From: Chloroflexota bacterium
GTDB lineage: Bacteria; Chloroflexota; UBA11872; VXOZ01
Assembly (NCBI GenBank): GCA_963663275.1
Contig: OY760183.1
Location: forward strand, 3,456,001 to 3,520,000
Direction of reading: 5' to 3'
DNA length: 64,000 nucleotides
This document shows positions 1-9,407 of the stretch, piece after piece. A program made the position numbers and the translations under genes. The stretch's first letter is position 1; every line of letters begins with the position of its first letter. The notes under the pieces were generated by a model, which was not told the DNA's origin, made no database searches, and was given only the letters and a program-made list of their open reading frames with translations.

Positions 1-554
1 AGGGCGAGATCGTCGTCGAGAACCGGCTCAAGGGCTTCATCTACCTGACGAACCTGCCCGCGTACGGCGACTCGCGTCCCGGCCTCTGGGAGGAGGACCG
101 CGTCGCTGAATACCTGGCCGCCGTGAAGGCGAACGACCTCAAGGCGCAGCGGGGCAATGGCGTCGTTGGCGACCTCGTAGCGTCCGGCGAAGTTTCCTGT
201 GCGCTGGAGATCAACCTCAGCTCCTTCCAGAACCTCTGGTCGAAGGGCGCGCCGCTGGACATCGTTCCGGTCGAGACCATCTCGGTGGAGCCGGTGCACC
301 ACTTCGTACCGAAGAACTCCCCCAATCCGAACGCGGCCAAGCTGTTCGCAGCGTTCCTGATGGGACCGGACGGCCGGGCTCTCTGGACGAAGGTTCGTCC
401 GACGTCCGACCTGACGCTCTCCGAGGACACGCCGTACGCCAACCTGGTCAAGTCCAAGGGCTCCAAGATCGTTCCGCCGGGGACCGAGCTGAACGACCAC
501 TTCGGCAGGCTGGGAACGAAGTACCTCGAGGCCATCGGTATCCCGACCGGATAG
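1..554 (+). CDS. ABC transporter substrate-binding protein (Fe3+/thiamine-type), 5' end outside window
   Basis: Frame open from base 3; KNSPNPNAAKLFAAFLMGPDG resembles the AfuA/FbpA C-terminal motif; directly upstream of permease and ATPase. Confidence 0.85.
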   Translation, partial: GEIVVENRLKGFIYLTNLPAYGDSRPGLWEEDRVAEYLAAVKANDLKAQRGNGVVGDLVASGEVSCALEINLSSFQNLWSKGAPLDIVPVETISVEPVHHFVPKNSPNPNAAKLFAAFLMGPDGRALWTKVRPTSDLTLSEDTPYANLVKSKGSKIVPPGTELNDHFGRLGTKYLEAIGIPTG

Positions 555-662
555 GACTCGAAGTCTGATGCAGCGAGGGCGCCGGGATGACGAATCATCA
601 TCCCGGCGCCCTGTGGCTTATGAGGAGCAGCACGGTTCTGCTCCGGGAGTGAACGGCGCGTC

Positions 663-2411
663 ATGATCGGGCAGCAGACAACGGTGGGACGCACCCTGCG
701 CCAGGGGCTGCGGACGGACCCGCAGGTGCTGATCGTCATCGGCTCCCTGGGGGCGCTGCTGGCGTTCCTCGTCGCCGTGCCCTTGGTGCTCGTGCTCTGG
801 TTCAGCTTCCGCACGGCGGGGCCCGGTGAGCGCGGCGGCACGTTCACCATCAGCAACTACGTCGACACCTTCCTGAACCCCCTCACGTACGAGCTGCTCA
901 TCAACACGTTCTGGTTCTCGGTCGGCTCGATAATCGTCGGCCTCATCATCGGCGTGGGATTTGCGTGGCTCATCGAGCGAACGAACACGCCGTTGCGCAA
1001 CTTCGGCTTCGTGTCCATCGTCATCAACAGCGCGATGCCTGCGGCGATGTTCGCCATCGCGTGGGTGCTCGTGCTGAACCCACGCACCGGCCTCGTGAAC
1101 CTGCCGTTCACGGCGTGGCTGGACTGGGACAAGGGACCGTTCAACCCGAACACGATGTGGGCGATGATCTTCGTGGAGGGCTTGCGGCTTGCCGCCACCA
1201 TCTTCCTCATGGTCATCGGCCTCTTCCGCAGCATGGACCCGTCGCTGGAGGAGGCGTCCTCCATGTCGCAGGTGGGCACGTTCAAGACAGCGCGCCACGT
1301 TACGCTGCCCATTATGACGCCGGGCATCCTGGGCGTCGTGGTCTACATCGCCACGTCGACGGTCGGCGTCTTCGAGATCCCGGGTGTGATGGGGATGCCG
1401 GCGGACATCCACGTGCTCGCCACGCGCATCTACCTGGCGACGAGCCAGGTGCCGCCGGACTACGGCTTCGCCACGAGCCTCGCGACGATCGCGGGCATCC
1501 TCGGCGTGGTCGGCATCTTCATCTACCACCGCGTGACGCGGATACAGCAGCGGTTCGCGACGGTGACGGGGAAGGGCTACCGTCCGCGGCGCATCGAATT
1601 GGGGCCGAAGGGCCGCTTCATCAGTGCGGGCCTCATCATCCTCTTCTTCATCCTCACGTTCGGCCTGCCGATGTTCATCCTCGTGTGGGCGAGCCTCATC
1701 CCGTTCTACCAGGCGCCGCTGCCGAAGGCGCTGGAGTTCGTCAGCCTGGACGCCTACCGCTTCATCCTCACCGGGCCGGGCAGGCACGAGTTCATGCAGG
1801 GCCTGCGGAACTCGCTGCTGCTCATTCTCGTGGTGCCCGCGCTGACGATGCTCCTCTCGGCGGTCGTCTCGTGGTTCGTGGTGCGGAGCAGGGCGCGAGG
1901 AAAGTCGATACTGGACATGCTGGCGTTCATGCCGCATACCGTGCCCGGCATCGTCATGGGGCTTGCGTGGCTCATCATCGGGCTGTTCGTCCTCGTACCC
2001 ACCTACGGGACGATATGGCTCATCGTCATCGCCCACATCTCGCTCTTCATCGCCTACGGCACGCGGACGACGAACGGGGCGATGTTCCAGATACACCGCG
2101 AGTTGGAGGAGGCCGGCGCGATGAGCGGGGCGGCGTGGTTCAGCACGTTCCGGCGCATCATCCTGCCGCTGCTCATGCCGTCGCTGGTCGCGGGCTGGCT
2201 GTGGGTCGCCATCCACAGCGGACGCGAGCTGACGGTGGCGCTGCTGCTGCAGTCCAGCTCCAACCGCATCATCTCGGCCTACGTCTGGCAGCAGTTCTTC
2301 GGCGGGCGGCTGAGCCTCGCCGCGGCGGCGGGCGTGGTGCTGGTGGTGCTCATCATCCTGCTCGTGGTGCTCACGCGGATCGTGGGCCAGCGGCTCAGCA
2401 GGCAACAGTAA
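663..2411 (+). CDS. ABC transporter permease, FbpB-like (two BPD_transp_1 halves)
   Basis: About 12 TM segments; two EAA loops (MDPSLEEASSMS, IHRELEEAGAMSGA). Confidence 0.92.
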   Translation: MIGQQTTVGRTLRQGLRTDPQVLIVIGSLGALLAFLVAVPLVLVLWFSFRTAGPGERGGTFTISNYVDTFLNPLTYELLINTFWFSVGSIIVGLIIGVGFAWLIERTNTPLRNFGFVSIVINSAMPAAMFAIAWVLVLNPRTGLVNLPFTAWLDWDKGPFNPNTMWAMIFVEGLRLAATIFLMVIGLFRSMDPSLEEASSMSQVGTFKTARHVTLPIMTPGILGVVVYIATSTVGVFEIPGVMGMPADIHVLATRIYLATSQVPPDYGFATSLATIAGILGVVGIFIYHRVTRIQQRFATVTGKGYRPRRIELGPKGRFISAGLIILFFILTFGLPMFILVWASLIPFYQAPLPKALEFVSLDAYRFILTGPGRHEFMQGLRNSLLLILVVPALTMLLSAVVSWFVVRSRARGKSILDMLAFMPHTVPGIVMGLAWLIIGLFVLVPTYGTIWLIVIAHISLFIAYGTRTTNGAMFQIHRELEEAGAMSGAAWFSTFRRIILPLLMPSLVAGWLWVAIHSGRELTVALLLQSSSNRIISAYVWQQFFGGRLSLAAAAGVVLVVLIILLVVLTRIVGQRLSRQQ

Positions 2412-2423
2412 GGGGAGGTCAAC

Positions 2424-3569
2424 GTGGCGGTAGCGCTTCAGGTCAGGAACCTCTTCAAGCGGTTCGACACCGATCAGGGCGAGGTGCGCGCGGTCGAGGA
2501 CGTGACGTTCGACGTCGAGTCGGGCGCGTTCTTCACGCTGCTCGGCCCGTCCGGCTGCGGCAAGTCCACGACGCTCCGCTGCATCGCGGGGCTCGAACGC
2601 CCGGACGACGGCGACATCACGCTGGAGGACGCCGTGCTCGTGTCATCGAGCCGGGCCATGTGGACGCCGCCGCACAAGCGGCCCATGGGTATGGTCTTCC
2701 AGTCCTACGCCATCTGGCCGCACATGAACGTTTTCGACAACGTCGCGTTCCCGCTGAAGCAGGGGCCGCAGAAGTTCTCCAACGCGGAGACGCGGGACCG
2801 CGTGATGCGCTCGCTCGCGCTCGTCCACCTGGACGGACTGGAGAAGCGTCCCGCGCCGCAGTTGAGCGGAGGCCAGCAGCAGCGGCTCGCGCTGGCGAGG
2901 GCGCTCGTGAACGAGCCGAAGGCGCTCCTGCTCGACGAACCCCTCAGCAACCTGGACGCCAAGCTGCGGGAGGAGATGCGCAACGAGTTGAAGCAGCTCA
3001 CCTCCACGCTCGGCATCACCACGCTGTTCGTGACGCACGACCAGTTGGAGGCGCTGACGCTCTCCGACCAGGTGGCCGTGATGGACAGCGGACGCCTCGT
3101 CCAGTACGGCCCGCCGCGCGAGATATACGAGGCCCCGCGCAACCGGTTCGCCGCGGAGTTCATCGGCTCGGCCAACTTCTTCGAGGGCACCGTCACAGAT
3201 GCCGTAGAGACGGGCGGCGTCACCGGCGTGGAGACGGAGCACGGCGTGCTGCGCTGCACGACGGCGGAGGCGGTGGGCAAGGGGACGCGGGTTGCCGTGG
3301 CCGTGCGGCCGGAGAACGTCGTGCTGCACACTGGCGCGCCTCCTGCCGGAGACGACGTCAACGTGCTCTCCGGCAGGGTGGCGAGCGTCGTCTACCTCGG
3401 CAACACGCTCGACTGCCAGGTGGAGGTGGGCGGCGCGTTGGTGAAGGCGGACGTGCATCCGGGCGAGGACGTGAATGAGAACGACGCGGTTACGCTGTCG
3501 TTCAAGGTATCGGCCTCCCGGGTCGTGCCGGTCGGCGTGGCCGTCGCGGCGGCGGAACAGGCGGGCTAA
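2424..3569 (+). CDS. ABC transporter ATP-binding protein, FbpC/PotA-like
   Basis: GPSGCGKST, LSGGQQQR, LLLDEP, C-terminal TOBE-like region; GGAGG RBS. Confidence 0.95.
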   Translation: MAVALQVRNLFKRFDTDQGEVRAVEDVTFDVESGAFFTLLGPSGCGKSTTLRCIAGLERPDDGDITLEDAVLVSSSRAMWTPPHKRPMGMVFQSYAIWPHMNVFDNVAFPLKQGPQKFSNAETRDRVMRSLALVHLDGLEKRPAPQLSGGQQQRLALARALVNEPKALLLDEPLSNLDAKLREEMRNELKQLTSTLGITTLFVTHDQLEALTLSDQVAVMDSGRLVQYGPPREIYEAPRNRFAAEFIGSANFFEGTVTDAVETGGVTGVETEHGVLRCTTAEAVGKGTRVAVAVRPENVVLHTGAPPAGDDVNVLSGRVASVVYLGNTLDCQVEVGGALVKADVHPGEDVNENDAVTLSFKVSASRVVPVGVAVAAAEQAG

Positions 3570-3588
3570 CCCCAACAGGAGCAGACGC

Positions 3589-4365
3589 ATGAGACTGGAG
3601 AACCAGGTAGCTATCGTTACGGGCGCGGGACGGAACATCGGCGAGTCGGTGGGCCACTATTTCGCCGGGGAGGGCGCGAAGGTCGCGCTCGTCGACGTAC
3701 GGCTGGAGGCCGCGCAGGCCGTTGCCGACGCGATCAACGCCGAGCACCCCGGTTGCGCCATCGCGGTCCAGGCGGACGTATCGTCGAGCGAGGACGTGCA
3801 GCACATGGTGAGTGCGACCGTCGAGGCGTTCGGCGGGGTGGACATCCTCGTGAACAACGCCGCGATCACCGACCACACGCCCGCGCTCGACCTGCCGGAG
3901 GACGAGTGGGACCGCATCATCGACGTGACGCTCAAGAGCGTGTTCCTGACGTGCAAGTACGCGGGGCGGCAGATGCGCGACCAGGGGCGCGGCGGCAAGA
4001 TCATCAACATCGCGTCCACGTCCGGCCACCGGGGCCGCGCCGACGCGACGGCGTACTCGGCGGCGAAGGGCGGCGTGCTGAACCTCACCCGCTCGCTCGC
4101 CATCCAGTTCGCGCAGTTCGGCGTGCGGGTGAACTCGCTGACCCCCAACCGCATCGGCTCGCCTGTTGGACAGGAAGAGCTGCCCGCGGAGGGCCGGGGC
4201 GTGTCGAACCTCGTGGGACGGCAGGGGATGCCGCCGGACATCGCGAAGGCGGTCGTCTTCCTCGCATCGGACGACGCCGACTTCATCGCGGCAGCCGACC
4301 TCCTGGTCGACGGAGGCTCGCTTGCTGGCAGCGTTCCATTCTCGTCCCCTCCCCCGAGCCGCTAG
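3589..4365 (+). CDS. SDR family NAD(P)-dependent oxidoreductase
   Basis: TGAGRNIG, NNAA, YSAAK motifs; AGGAG RBS before ATG 3589. Confidence 0.93.
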   Translation: MRLENQVAIVTGAGRNIGESVGHYFAGEGAKVALVDVRLEAAQAVADAINAEHPGCAIAVQADVSSSEDVQHMVSATVEAFGGVDILVNNAAITDHTPALDLPEDEWDRIIDVTLKSVFLTCKYAGRQMRDQGRGGKIINIASTSGHRGRADATAYSAAKGGVLNLTRSLAIQFAQFGVRVNSLTPNRIGSPVGQEELPAEGRGVSNLVGRQGMPPDIAKAVVFLASDDADFIAAADLLVDGGSLAGSVPFSSPPPSR

Positions 4366-4370
4366 ACAAC

Positions 4371-4435
4371 CGTCATTCCCGCCTTCTCCGGCAGCCCCGC
4401 CTTCTCCCGTCATTCCCGCGAAGGCGGGAATCCAG
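4371..4435 (+). repeat. REP-like palindrome family B (CGTCATTCCCGC-N4-GCGGGAATCCAG, dRS3-like) preceded by a 5' half copy
   Basis: Full copy 4408-4435; other copies at 15046, 32980, 38275(-), 56783(-). Confidence 0.88.
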
Positions 4436-4444
4436 CGTGTGGCT

Positions 4445-4888
4445 CTACGACAGCCACACCCGAAGCAGCACCGACTCCGACGCCGGCAGCGCGACGAGCG
4501 TCCGCGCGACCACGCCCCGCGACGCCAGCGCGCGCTCGACCTCCGGCGGGTCGTCGACGCCGCGCACGACGTCGATGCGCGCCTCGCGCTCGCGGCCCCG
4601 GTAGTAGACCGTCGCCGGAGCGCCGCTCTCGACGTTGCGCCACCAGAGCGCGCGGGCGCTCGTCAGGACGCGGAGCGCCCCGCCGCCGGACGGGCGGCAC
4701 ATCACCGGCACGAGGTACCTCCTGCCGGTGCGCCGCCCCTCGCAGCGGATGACCACGAAACGCGGACCGAGCAGCGGGTGCAGCCGCGAACGCACAACCC
4801 ACGCGATGAATGCGTTGACGCGGCGGAACACGGCGGGGATGACCGTTGCCACCATCCACCGTGCGAGTCCGAGCTTGAGCGCGCGCAT
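4445..4888 (-). CDS. Deazaflavin(F420)-dependent nitroreductase-like protein (DUF385-like)
   Basis: GRRTGRRYLVPV and WWRNV motifs. Confidence 0.7.
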   Translation of the reverse strand: MRALKLGLARWMVATVIPAVFRRVNAFIAWVVRSRLHPLLGPRFVVIRCEGRRTGRRYLVPVMCRPSGGGALRVLTSARALWWRNVESGAPATVYYRGREREARIDVVRGVDDPPEVERALASRGVVARTLVALPASESVLLRVWLS

Positions 4889-4893
4889 GGGGG

Positions 4894-6078
4894 CTAGGCT
4901 TGCAAGGACGGCGCAGTTTCGAATACGTGCGCAACTGCCTCTGACGGTAAGTAGCACGTTGAACTTCCTGTGCCATGCTTAATAAGCAGTCTTTTGCCGG
5001 TTAGCCAGGTCAGATGTCTTGCCAGAGTCCGCCTACTGGCAGCTCCTGCAGTTTCGCTCATGGCCCGCCTAAGCCCTTTGTTGGTTACCGGGCCTGAATT
5101 ACAAGCTATCACGAGGGCAGTTGCTCTAATGACGAAAGCGCGGCTTGCATTTTCCCAATTAAAGAGCAGTAGATCACCATGCGGACGCCATCGCAGGTCC
5201 AATGTAAGCAGTGGCATGTACTCAGCATTAAGCGCATGCGTGCCAGCCTTCAGCCTTCTGTGCTTAGCAAGTGCAGCATTAGCCTGTATCAAGTATGCAT
5301 GTAGGTAATACTCAACCCAAGATGTGAGGTCGTGAGCCGCCGGTTCATATACATTCCCAACGGCTTTCTCGATTGCCTCGTAGTAACGCTGGTCGTCCAT
5401 CCCGAAGTACTCTTCCAGCGATACGAGAGCCGGTGACTTGTAGCCTGCAAGGTACAGGACCAGTGCCTCTGTGACTCGCGCTGTCCGTCCGTTCCCATTC
5501 CAGAATGGATGGATGGCAATGAAGTTAATGTGAGCGAGAGCTGCCTTGCAATAAGGATGTAACCCTTGCGACGTGTTTAACCAACGGACATACTCGTCCA
5601 TAAGCATCTCAACGTGTTCAGCAGGCGGCGGGCGAAATGTCCTCACAAAGTTCTGCCCTTGGCGGTAACGCCCGGAGTCGTAAGGAGTATCGTCATCCCA
5701 AAGCAGTTTAGTAACACGGCAGTGAATTTCTTTAATCGTATCTTCATTGAGTCGTGGGGATGAGGCAGTACCAATGCTTCGCGCGTACTGCATGGCCTCG
5801 TAGTAATTGAGGACCTCCTGCCTCTCATTCTCAGGAGATGACACGGATTCGCCACTGATAAGGGATTCTACTTCGGGGAGAGTAAGAGGGTTGCCTTCTA
5901 GTTTGGTGGAGTAATGGGCACGCGACGCCATGGCTTGGCGTTCCATGATGTGGCGTCGGAGTTCGGGCGCGATCTCGCCTGCGGTGTGGCGGTGGGCGTC
6001 CAACTCCTCACGGATTGCCGACAGCTCGGTCAGTATCTCTCGAATGGCAGGCGTGGTTTTGAATTTCGTGTACAGCAT
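4894..6078 (-). CDS. Fic family protein with C-terminal HTH (paralog 1, lower GC)
   Basis: HPFWNGNGRTAR Fic motif; STKLEGN inhibitory motif; colinear with 8274-9380. Confidence 0.92.
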   Translation of the reverse strand: MLYTKFKTTPAIREILTELSAIREELDAHRHTAGEIAPELRRHIMERQAMASRAHYSTKLEGNPLTLPEVESLISGESVSSPENERQEVLNYYEAMQYARSIGTASSPRLNEDTIKEIHCRVTKLLWDDDTPYDSGRYRQGQNFVRTFRPPPAEHVEMLMDEYVRWLNTSQGLHPYCKAALAHINFIAIHPFWNGNGRTARVTEALVLYLAGYKSPALVSLEEYFGMDDQRYYEAIEKAVGNVYEPAAHDLTSWVEYYLHAYLIQANAALAKHRRLKAGTHALNAEYMPLLTLDLRWRPHGDLLLFNWENASRAFVIRATALVIACNSGPVTNKGLRRAMSETAGAASRRTLARHLTWLTGKRLLIKHGTGSSTCYLPSEAVAHVFETAPSLQA

Positions 6079-6196
6079 GCCGGTGTCCTTCTTGCCCGAC
6101 GGTGTGGCTGCCCTAGCCAGTGTAACGCCCCTGCTGGCGTCATCCAAGGTGTGTGTGGCAGACGTGGCGAGACTAGCGGTGCCGTACCGCGCTGTC

Positions 6197-6202
6197 TATA
6201 AT
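6197..6202 (+). promoter_or_regulatory. -10 box, probable leaderless transcript of the DpnI-like gene
   Basis: TATAAT 8 nt before ATG 6211, no SD sequence. Confidence 0.6.
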
Positions 6203-6210
6203 CCGCGCCG

Positions 6211-6990
6211 ATGGACTTGCGCCTAGACTTGACAGTCGCTCAGGGGTACAAGAGCAAGAGCCAGATGGCTCGGCGTCTGACGGAAGACTGGGCGACACGG
6301 AACCTCTATTGCCTTGCTTGTGCGTCTGCCCACCTTGATGCTGCGCGAGCGAACACTGCGGTTTGGGATTACTCGTGCTCGACGTGTGGGGCTCTCTATC
6401 AACTCAAGAGCCATGACCGCCCGTTCGGGCGAAGGGTCAGCAACTCACAATACGACCTCAAGATGCGCGCCATCGCACAAGGTCGAGCGCCGCATTACGC
6501 CTTCCTCCAGTATTCGATTCCTGACGCTGCTGTAGTTGACCTCTTCGTCGTGCCCGGCCACTTCCTGAGCCCTGCGGTTGTGGAGCGGAGGTCTCCATTA
6601 CCGCCCCACGCGAGGCGGGCGGGCTGGGTGGGCTCGAATATTCTGTTGGGGCTACTGCCGGAAGAAGGGCGCGTGCATGTTGTCGAGGCTGGTGTGTCCC
6701 GCAATCCTGATGAAGTCCGCGATGACTGGCAACGCTATGGGTTCCTCGCAGGCAAGAAGGGTGGCTGGGCTGCCGATGTGCTGTCGTGCATCCGTGTGCT
6801 GGAACGAGAGACACAGGTCAGGGAGTTCACTCTGCAGGACTTCTACCAGCGATTCGAGGCAGAACTCGCTTCGCGACACACGGACAACCGCAATGTGCAG
6901 GCGAAGATTCGCCAGCAGATGCAGGTGCTTGCCAGAGGCGGAGTGCTCCTGTTCGTTGACAGGCGGGGACGCTACAGGGTCATAGCCTGA
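6211..6990 (+). CDS. DpnI/Dam-replacing (DRP) family methylation-dependent restriction endonuclease
   Basis: YKSKSQMARRLTEDW, two CxxC, ARRAGWVGSNI, C-terminal wHTH NRNVQAKIRQQMQVL. Confidence 0.9.
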   Translation: MDLRLDLTVAQGYKSKSQMARRLTEDWATRNLYCLACASAHLDAARANTAVWDYSCSTCGALYQLKSHDRPFGRRVSNSQYDLKMRAIAQGRAPHYAFLQYSIPDAAVVDLFVVPGHFLSPAVVERRSPLPPHARRAGWVGSNILLGLLPEEGRVHVVEAGVSRNPDEVRDDWQRYGFLAGKKGGWAADVLSCIRVLERETQVREFTLQDFYQRFEAELASRHTDNRNVQAKIRQQMQVLARGGVLLFVDRRGRYRVIA

Positions 6991-6996
6991 TCACCC

Positions 6997-7347
6997 TTGA
7001 CACTTCCCATCGCCCCGATCAACGATCACGGCATGGCGCGTGACGGATTCCAACTTGTGCAAGAGGCTGTCTCCAACTGGGAGAGCCTCGACGGTGTCGC
7101 TGGCGTCGATGTGGTTGAGTTCCCCGACAATACGAACGAACACACCTACTTGGCGAAGATTGCGTTGCATGGTCAGTCGAGACCAGTGTTCATCCAGTTG
7201 GCGCTCATAGACCAAAGCGAGTTGATGGGGATGTCTGCGGGGATGGATATAGCAGACAACGAGTACCAAGCGACGCTTCCGGGATTGTACGAGGCGATAT
7301 TCGAGGAGGGCTTGCCCGTCCGGTGGCGTGACGATAGTTGGGAGTAA
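6997..7347 (+). CDS. Acidic hypothetical protein downstream of the DpnI-like gene
   Basis: 116-aa ORF starting 6 nt after the upstream stop; start codon uncertain. Confidence 0.5.
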   Translation: MTLPIAPINDHGMARDGFQLVQEAVSNWESLDGVAGVDVVEFPDNTNEHTYLAKIALHGQSRPVFIQLALIDQSELMGMSAGMDIADNEYQATLPGLYEAIFEEGLPVRWRDDSWE

Positions 7348-7349
7348 CG

Positions 7350-7446
7350 TTACTCCTCGTTCACCTCTCCCCCCGCCGACCGATAGACTCGCAGCACTGC
7401 CTCCGTGGGGACGTAGTGGGTGGCGCGGTCGGTGCCGTGACGCTCG
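7350..7446 (-). pseudogene. Orphan 3' end of a third Fic gene
   Basis: Translates RHGTDRATHYVPTEAVLRVYRSAGGEVNEE*, versus RRGRGRGIHYVPTETVLRVYRSAGGEEE* at 8274. Confidence 0.85.
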
Positions 7447-7463
7447 GGGATGATGACGTGGAC

Positions 7464-7892
7464 TCAGGCCTTTGCCTTGGCGGGCTGTTCTGACTCGCGG
7501 AGGGCGTCGAGGATGCGGCGTATGAGGGCGAGGTTGAACTGCGCGAGCTCGTCGGGGCTCGCCTGGCGCTCGCTGGCGAGATGGGGTTTGATGATGCGCT
7601 CCCACGCTTCGCGGAGCTCCGGGTGCTGGGGGAGGAAGAACCGCTCCCAGCTTTCCACGTGCGCGCCCAGGACCTCGTTCATCTCCGGGTGGAAACGCAA
7701 TACGGCGTACTTGCCCACATGCATGTTGTCTGCCGGCTGCACCGGCTCCTCACGCAGGTACAAGGTGTCCGCGTCGGCATAGTAGGAGTGTGTGAGCGAC
7801 GCGAGGCGTGCGTCGTCCCACCGGAGCATCTCCGAGGTCGGGGCGTCGATGTCCATCAAGGCGGCTATCTCGGCATCGTTGGGCTTGCCCAT
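7464..7892 (-). CDS. DUF2283-like protein, putative antitoxin
   Basis: YYADADTLYL...VLRFHPEMNEVLGAHVE fits the DUF2283 pattern; overlaps the upstream gene. Confidence 0.6.
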   Translation of the reverse strand: MGKPNDAEIAALMDIDAPTSEMLRWDDARLASLTHSYYADADTLYLREEPVQPADNMHVGKYAVLRFHPEMNEVLGAHVESWERFFLPQHPELREAWERIIKPHLASERQASPDELAQFNLALIRRILDALRESEQPAKAKA

Positions 7893-8224
7893 AGCAACCT
7901 GTCTCCTCTCCGAACGTTCCTCGACGGAAAAGCGGTTATGACCCGGCCGCTCACTGTTCCATCCTGCTCTCGATGATACTCCACCACGACCTTGGCATGC
8001 CTTCTGCTGAATGACGGGGATAGAGAGAACGTGAGGTAGAAGAGCTTCCTGTTGGAGTAGTCCCTGTCCTGATAGACGAGCAGCGGTTCGCGGATGGCCT
8101 GCTGCACGACCGCTGCATGCTCTTCCAACTCAGGGTGCTCCCGCAGGACGTGCAAACGCCACACGTCCGCGTCGCAGGAGACAGGGACGCCCTCGTAGTC
8201 GAGACATTCGAATTGGACCGCCAT
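7865..8224 (-). CDS. RelE/BECR-fold (DUF4258/PBECR-like) putative RNase toxin
   Basis: W..HV..EHPEL, AIREP, KVVVEY, VITAF pattern; paired with DUF2283-like gene. Confidence 0.6.
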   Translation of the reverse strand: MAVQFECLDYEGVPVSCDADVWRLHVLREHPELEEHAAVVQQAIREPLLVYQDRDYSNRKLFYLTFSLSPSFSRRHAKVVVEYHREQDGTVSGRVITAFPSRNVRRGDRLLWASPTMPR

Positions 8225-8273
8225 CTATGGGCCACGCTACCGGCGGACTGCGCCGCCGCGCAATGGGCGGATG

Positions 8274-9380
8274 TCACTCCTCCTCCCCTCCCGCAGACCG
8301 ATAGACCCTGAGCACGGTCTCGGTGGGGACGTAGTGTATGCCGCGCCCTCTGCCGCGACGGACGAGCAGCCCTGCCGCCACCATGCCGCGCAGGTGCCTC
8401 GCCGCCGTCTGGTTGCCGACGCTCGTGAACTCGCGGTAATCGCTGTTCGTGATGACTCCCAATCGGCAGGCAACCCACAGTCCGATGAGCCGGTCGAAGT
8501 CGCCCCATAACTGCGCCGCGAACGCATCTCCGAGCGCATCTGCCTGCGCTCTGATCAGCTGTTCCCTGGCGGCGGCAGCGTTGGCCTGCGCTGCGTGGGC
8601 GTGGAGGTAGTAGTCCGTCCACGGCGTCACGTCGCGGTCCTGGGGGTCGTAGGTCGGCCCGAGCGAGTCGGCTATCGCCCGATAGTAGCCCTGCGTGTCG
8701 CGCCCGAAGTACGCCTCCAGCGAGACGAGCTCCTGCGACCGGTAGCCCGCGAGGTAGAGGACGAGCGCTTCGAGGATGCGCGCCGTACGCCCGTTGCCGT
8801 CGTCGAACGGATGGATAGCGACGAAGTTGAGGTGGGCGAGCGCGGCGCGGTAGTAGGGGGGCAGTCCCTCGCGCGCCGTGTTGAGCCACTGCACGTACTC
8901 TTCCATGAGCGGCTGGACACGGTCGGGCGGCGGAGGGCGGAAGAGCGGGCGTTGCGTTGCGCTGTTGATGACGAAGTTCTGCACGAACCGGTACTGACCG
9001 GGGTTGTAGCCGCCGGGCAGCGACTTGGTGACGAGGAAGTGGATGGTCTTGACCGTCTCCTCTGTGATGCGCGGCGAGGCTGCGTTGGCGACGACCTGGA
9101 CGTACTCCATCGCCTCGCGGTAGTTGAGCGCTTCCTGCTGCTGGCTGACCGGCGCGGCGATCTGCCGGCCCCGCAGCAGGCTCTCGACCTGTTCCAGCGT
9201 GAGGGTGTTGCCCTCGATGCGGGTGGAGTAGTGGACGCTGAGGGCGATGGCGTGCCGCCGCAACTCGCCCATGTAGGCATCGGGGGCATCCTGGTAGCGG
9301 TCGAGGGTCTCGCGGGCGCGCTGGAGCTCGTCCAGCAGGCCGCTGGCGTCGAGCGACGGGGTGAAGCGCAGGTAGAGCAT
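8274..9380 (-). CDS. Fic family protein with C-terminal HTH (paralog 2)
   Basis: HPFDDGNGRTAR; STRIEGN; ITNSDYREF..TAARHLRGMV HTH-like tail. Confidence 0.93.
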   Translation of the reverse strand: MLYLRFTPSLDASGLLDELQRARETLDRYQDAPDAYMGELRRHAIALSVHYSTRIEGNTLTLEQVESLLRGRQIAAPVSQQQEALNYREAMEYVQVVANAASPRITEETVKTIHFLVTKSLPGGYNPGQYRFVQNFVINSATQRPLFRPPPPDRVQPLMEEYVQWLNTAREGLPPYYRAALAHLNFVAIHPFDDGNGRTARILEALVLYLAGYRSQELVSLEAYFGRDTQGYYRAIADSLGPTYDPQDRDVTPWTDYYLHAHAAQANAAAAREQLIRAQADALGDAFAAQLWGDFDRLIGLWVACRLGVITNSDYREFTSVGNQTAARHLRGMVAAGLLVRRGRGRGIHYVPTETVLRVYRSAGGEEE

Positions 9381-9407
9381 GGCGACCGTAAGCGACGATT
9401 AACCCGG

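Noticed and set aside
618-3478. Long alternative-frame and antisense ORFs (e.g. 618-2405, 965-3478, 24884-27952, 29066-31159)
   Set aside because: Shadow ORFs of high-GC genes; R/A/G/P-rich with no motifs
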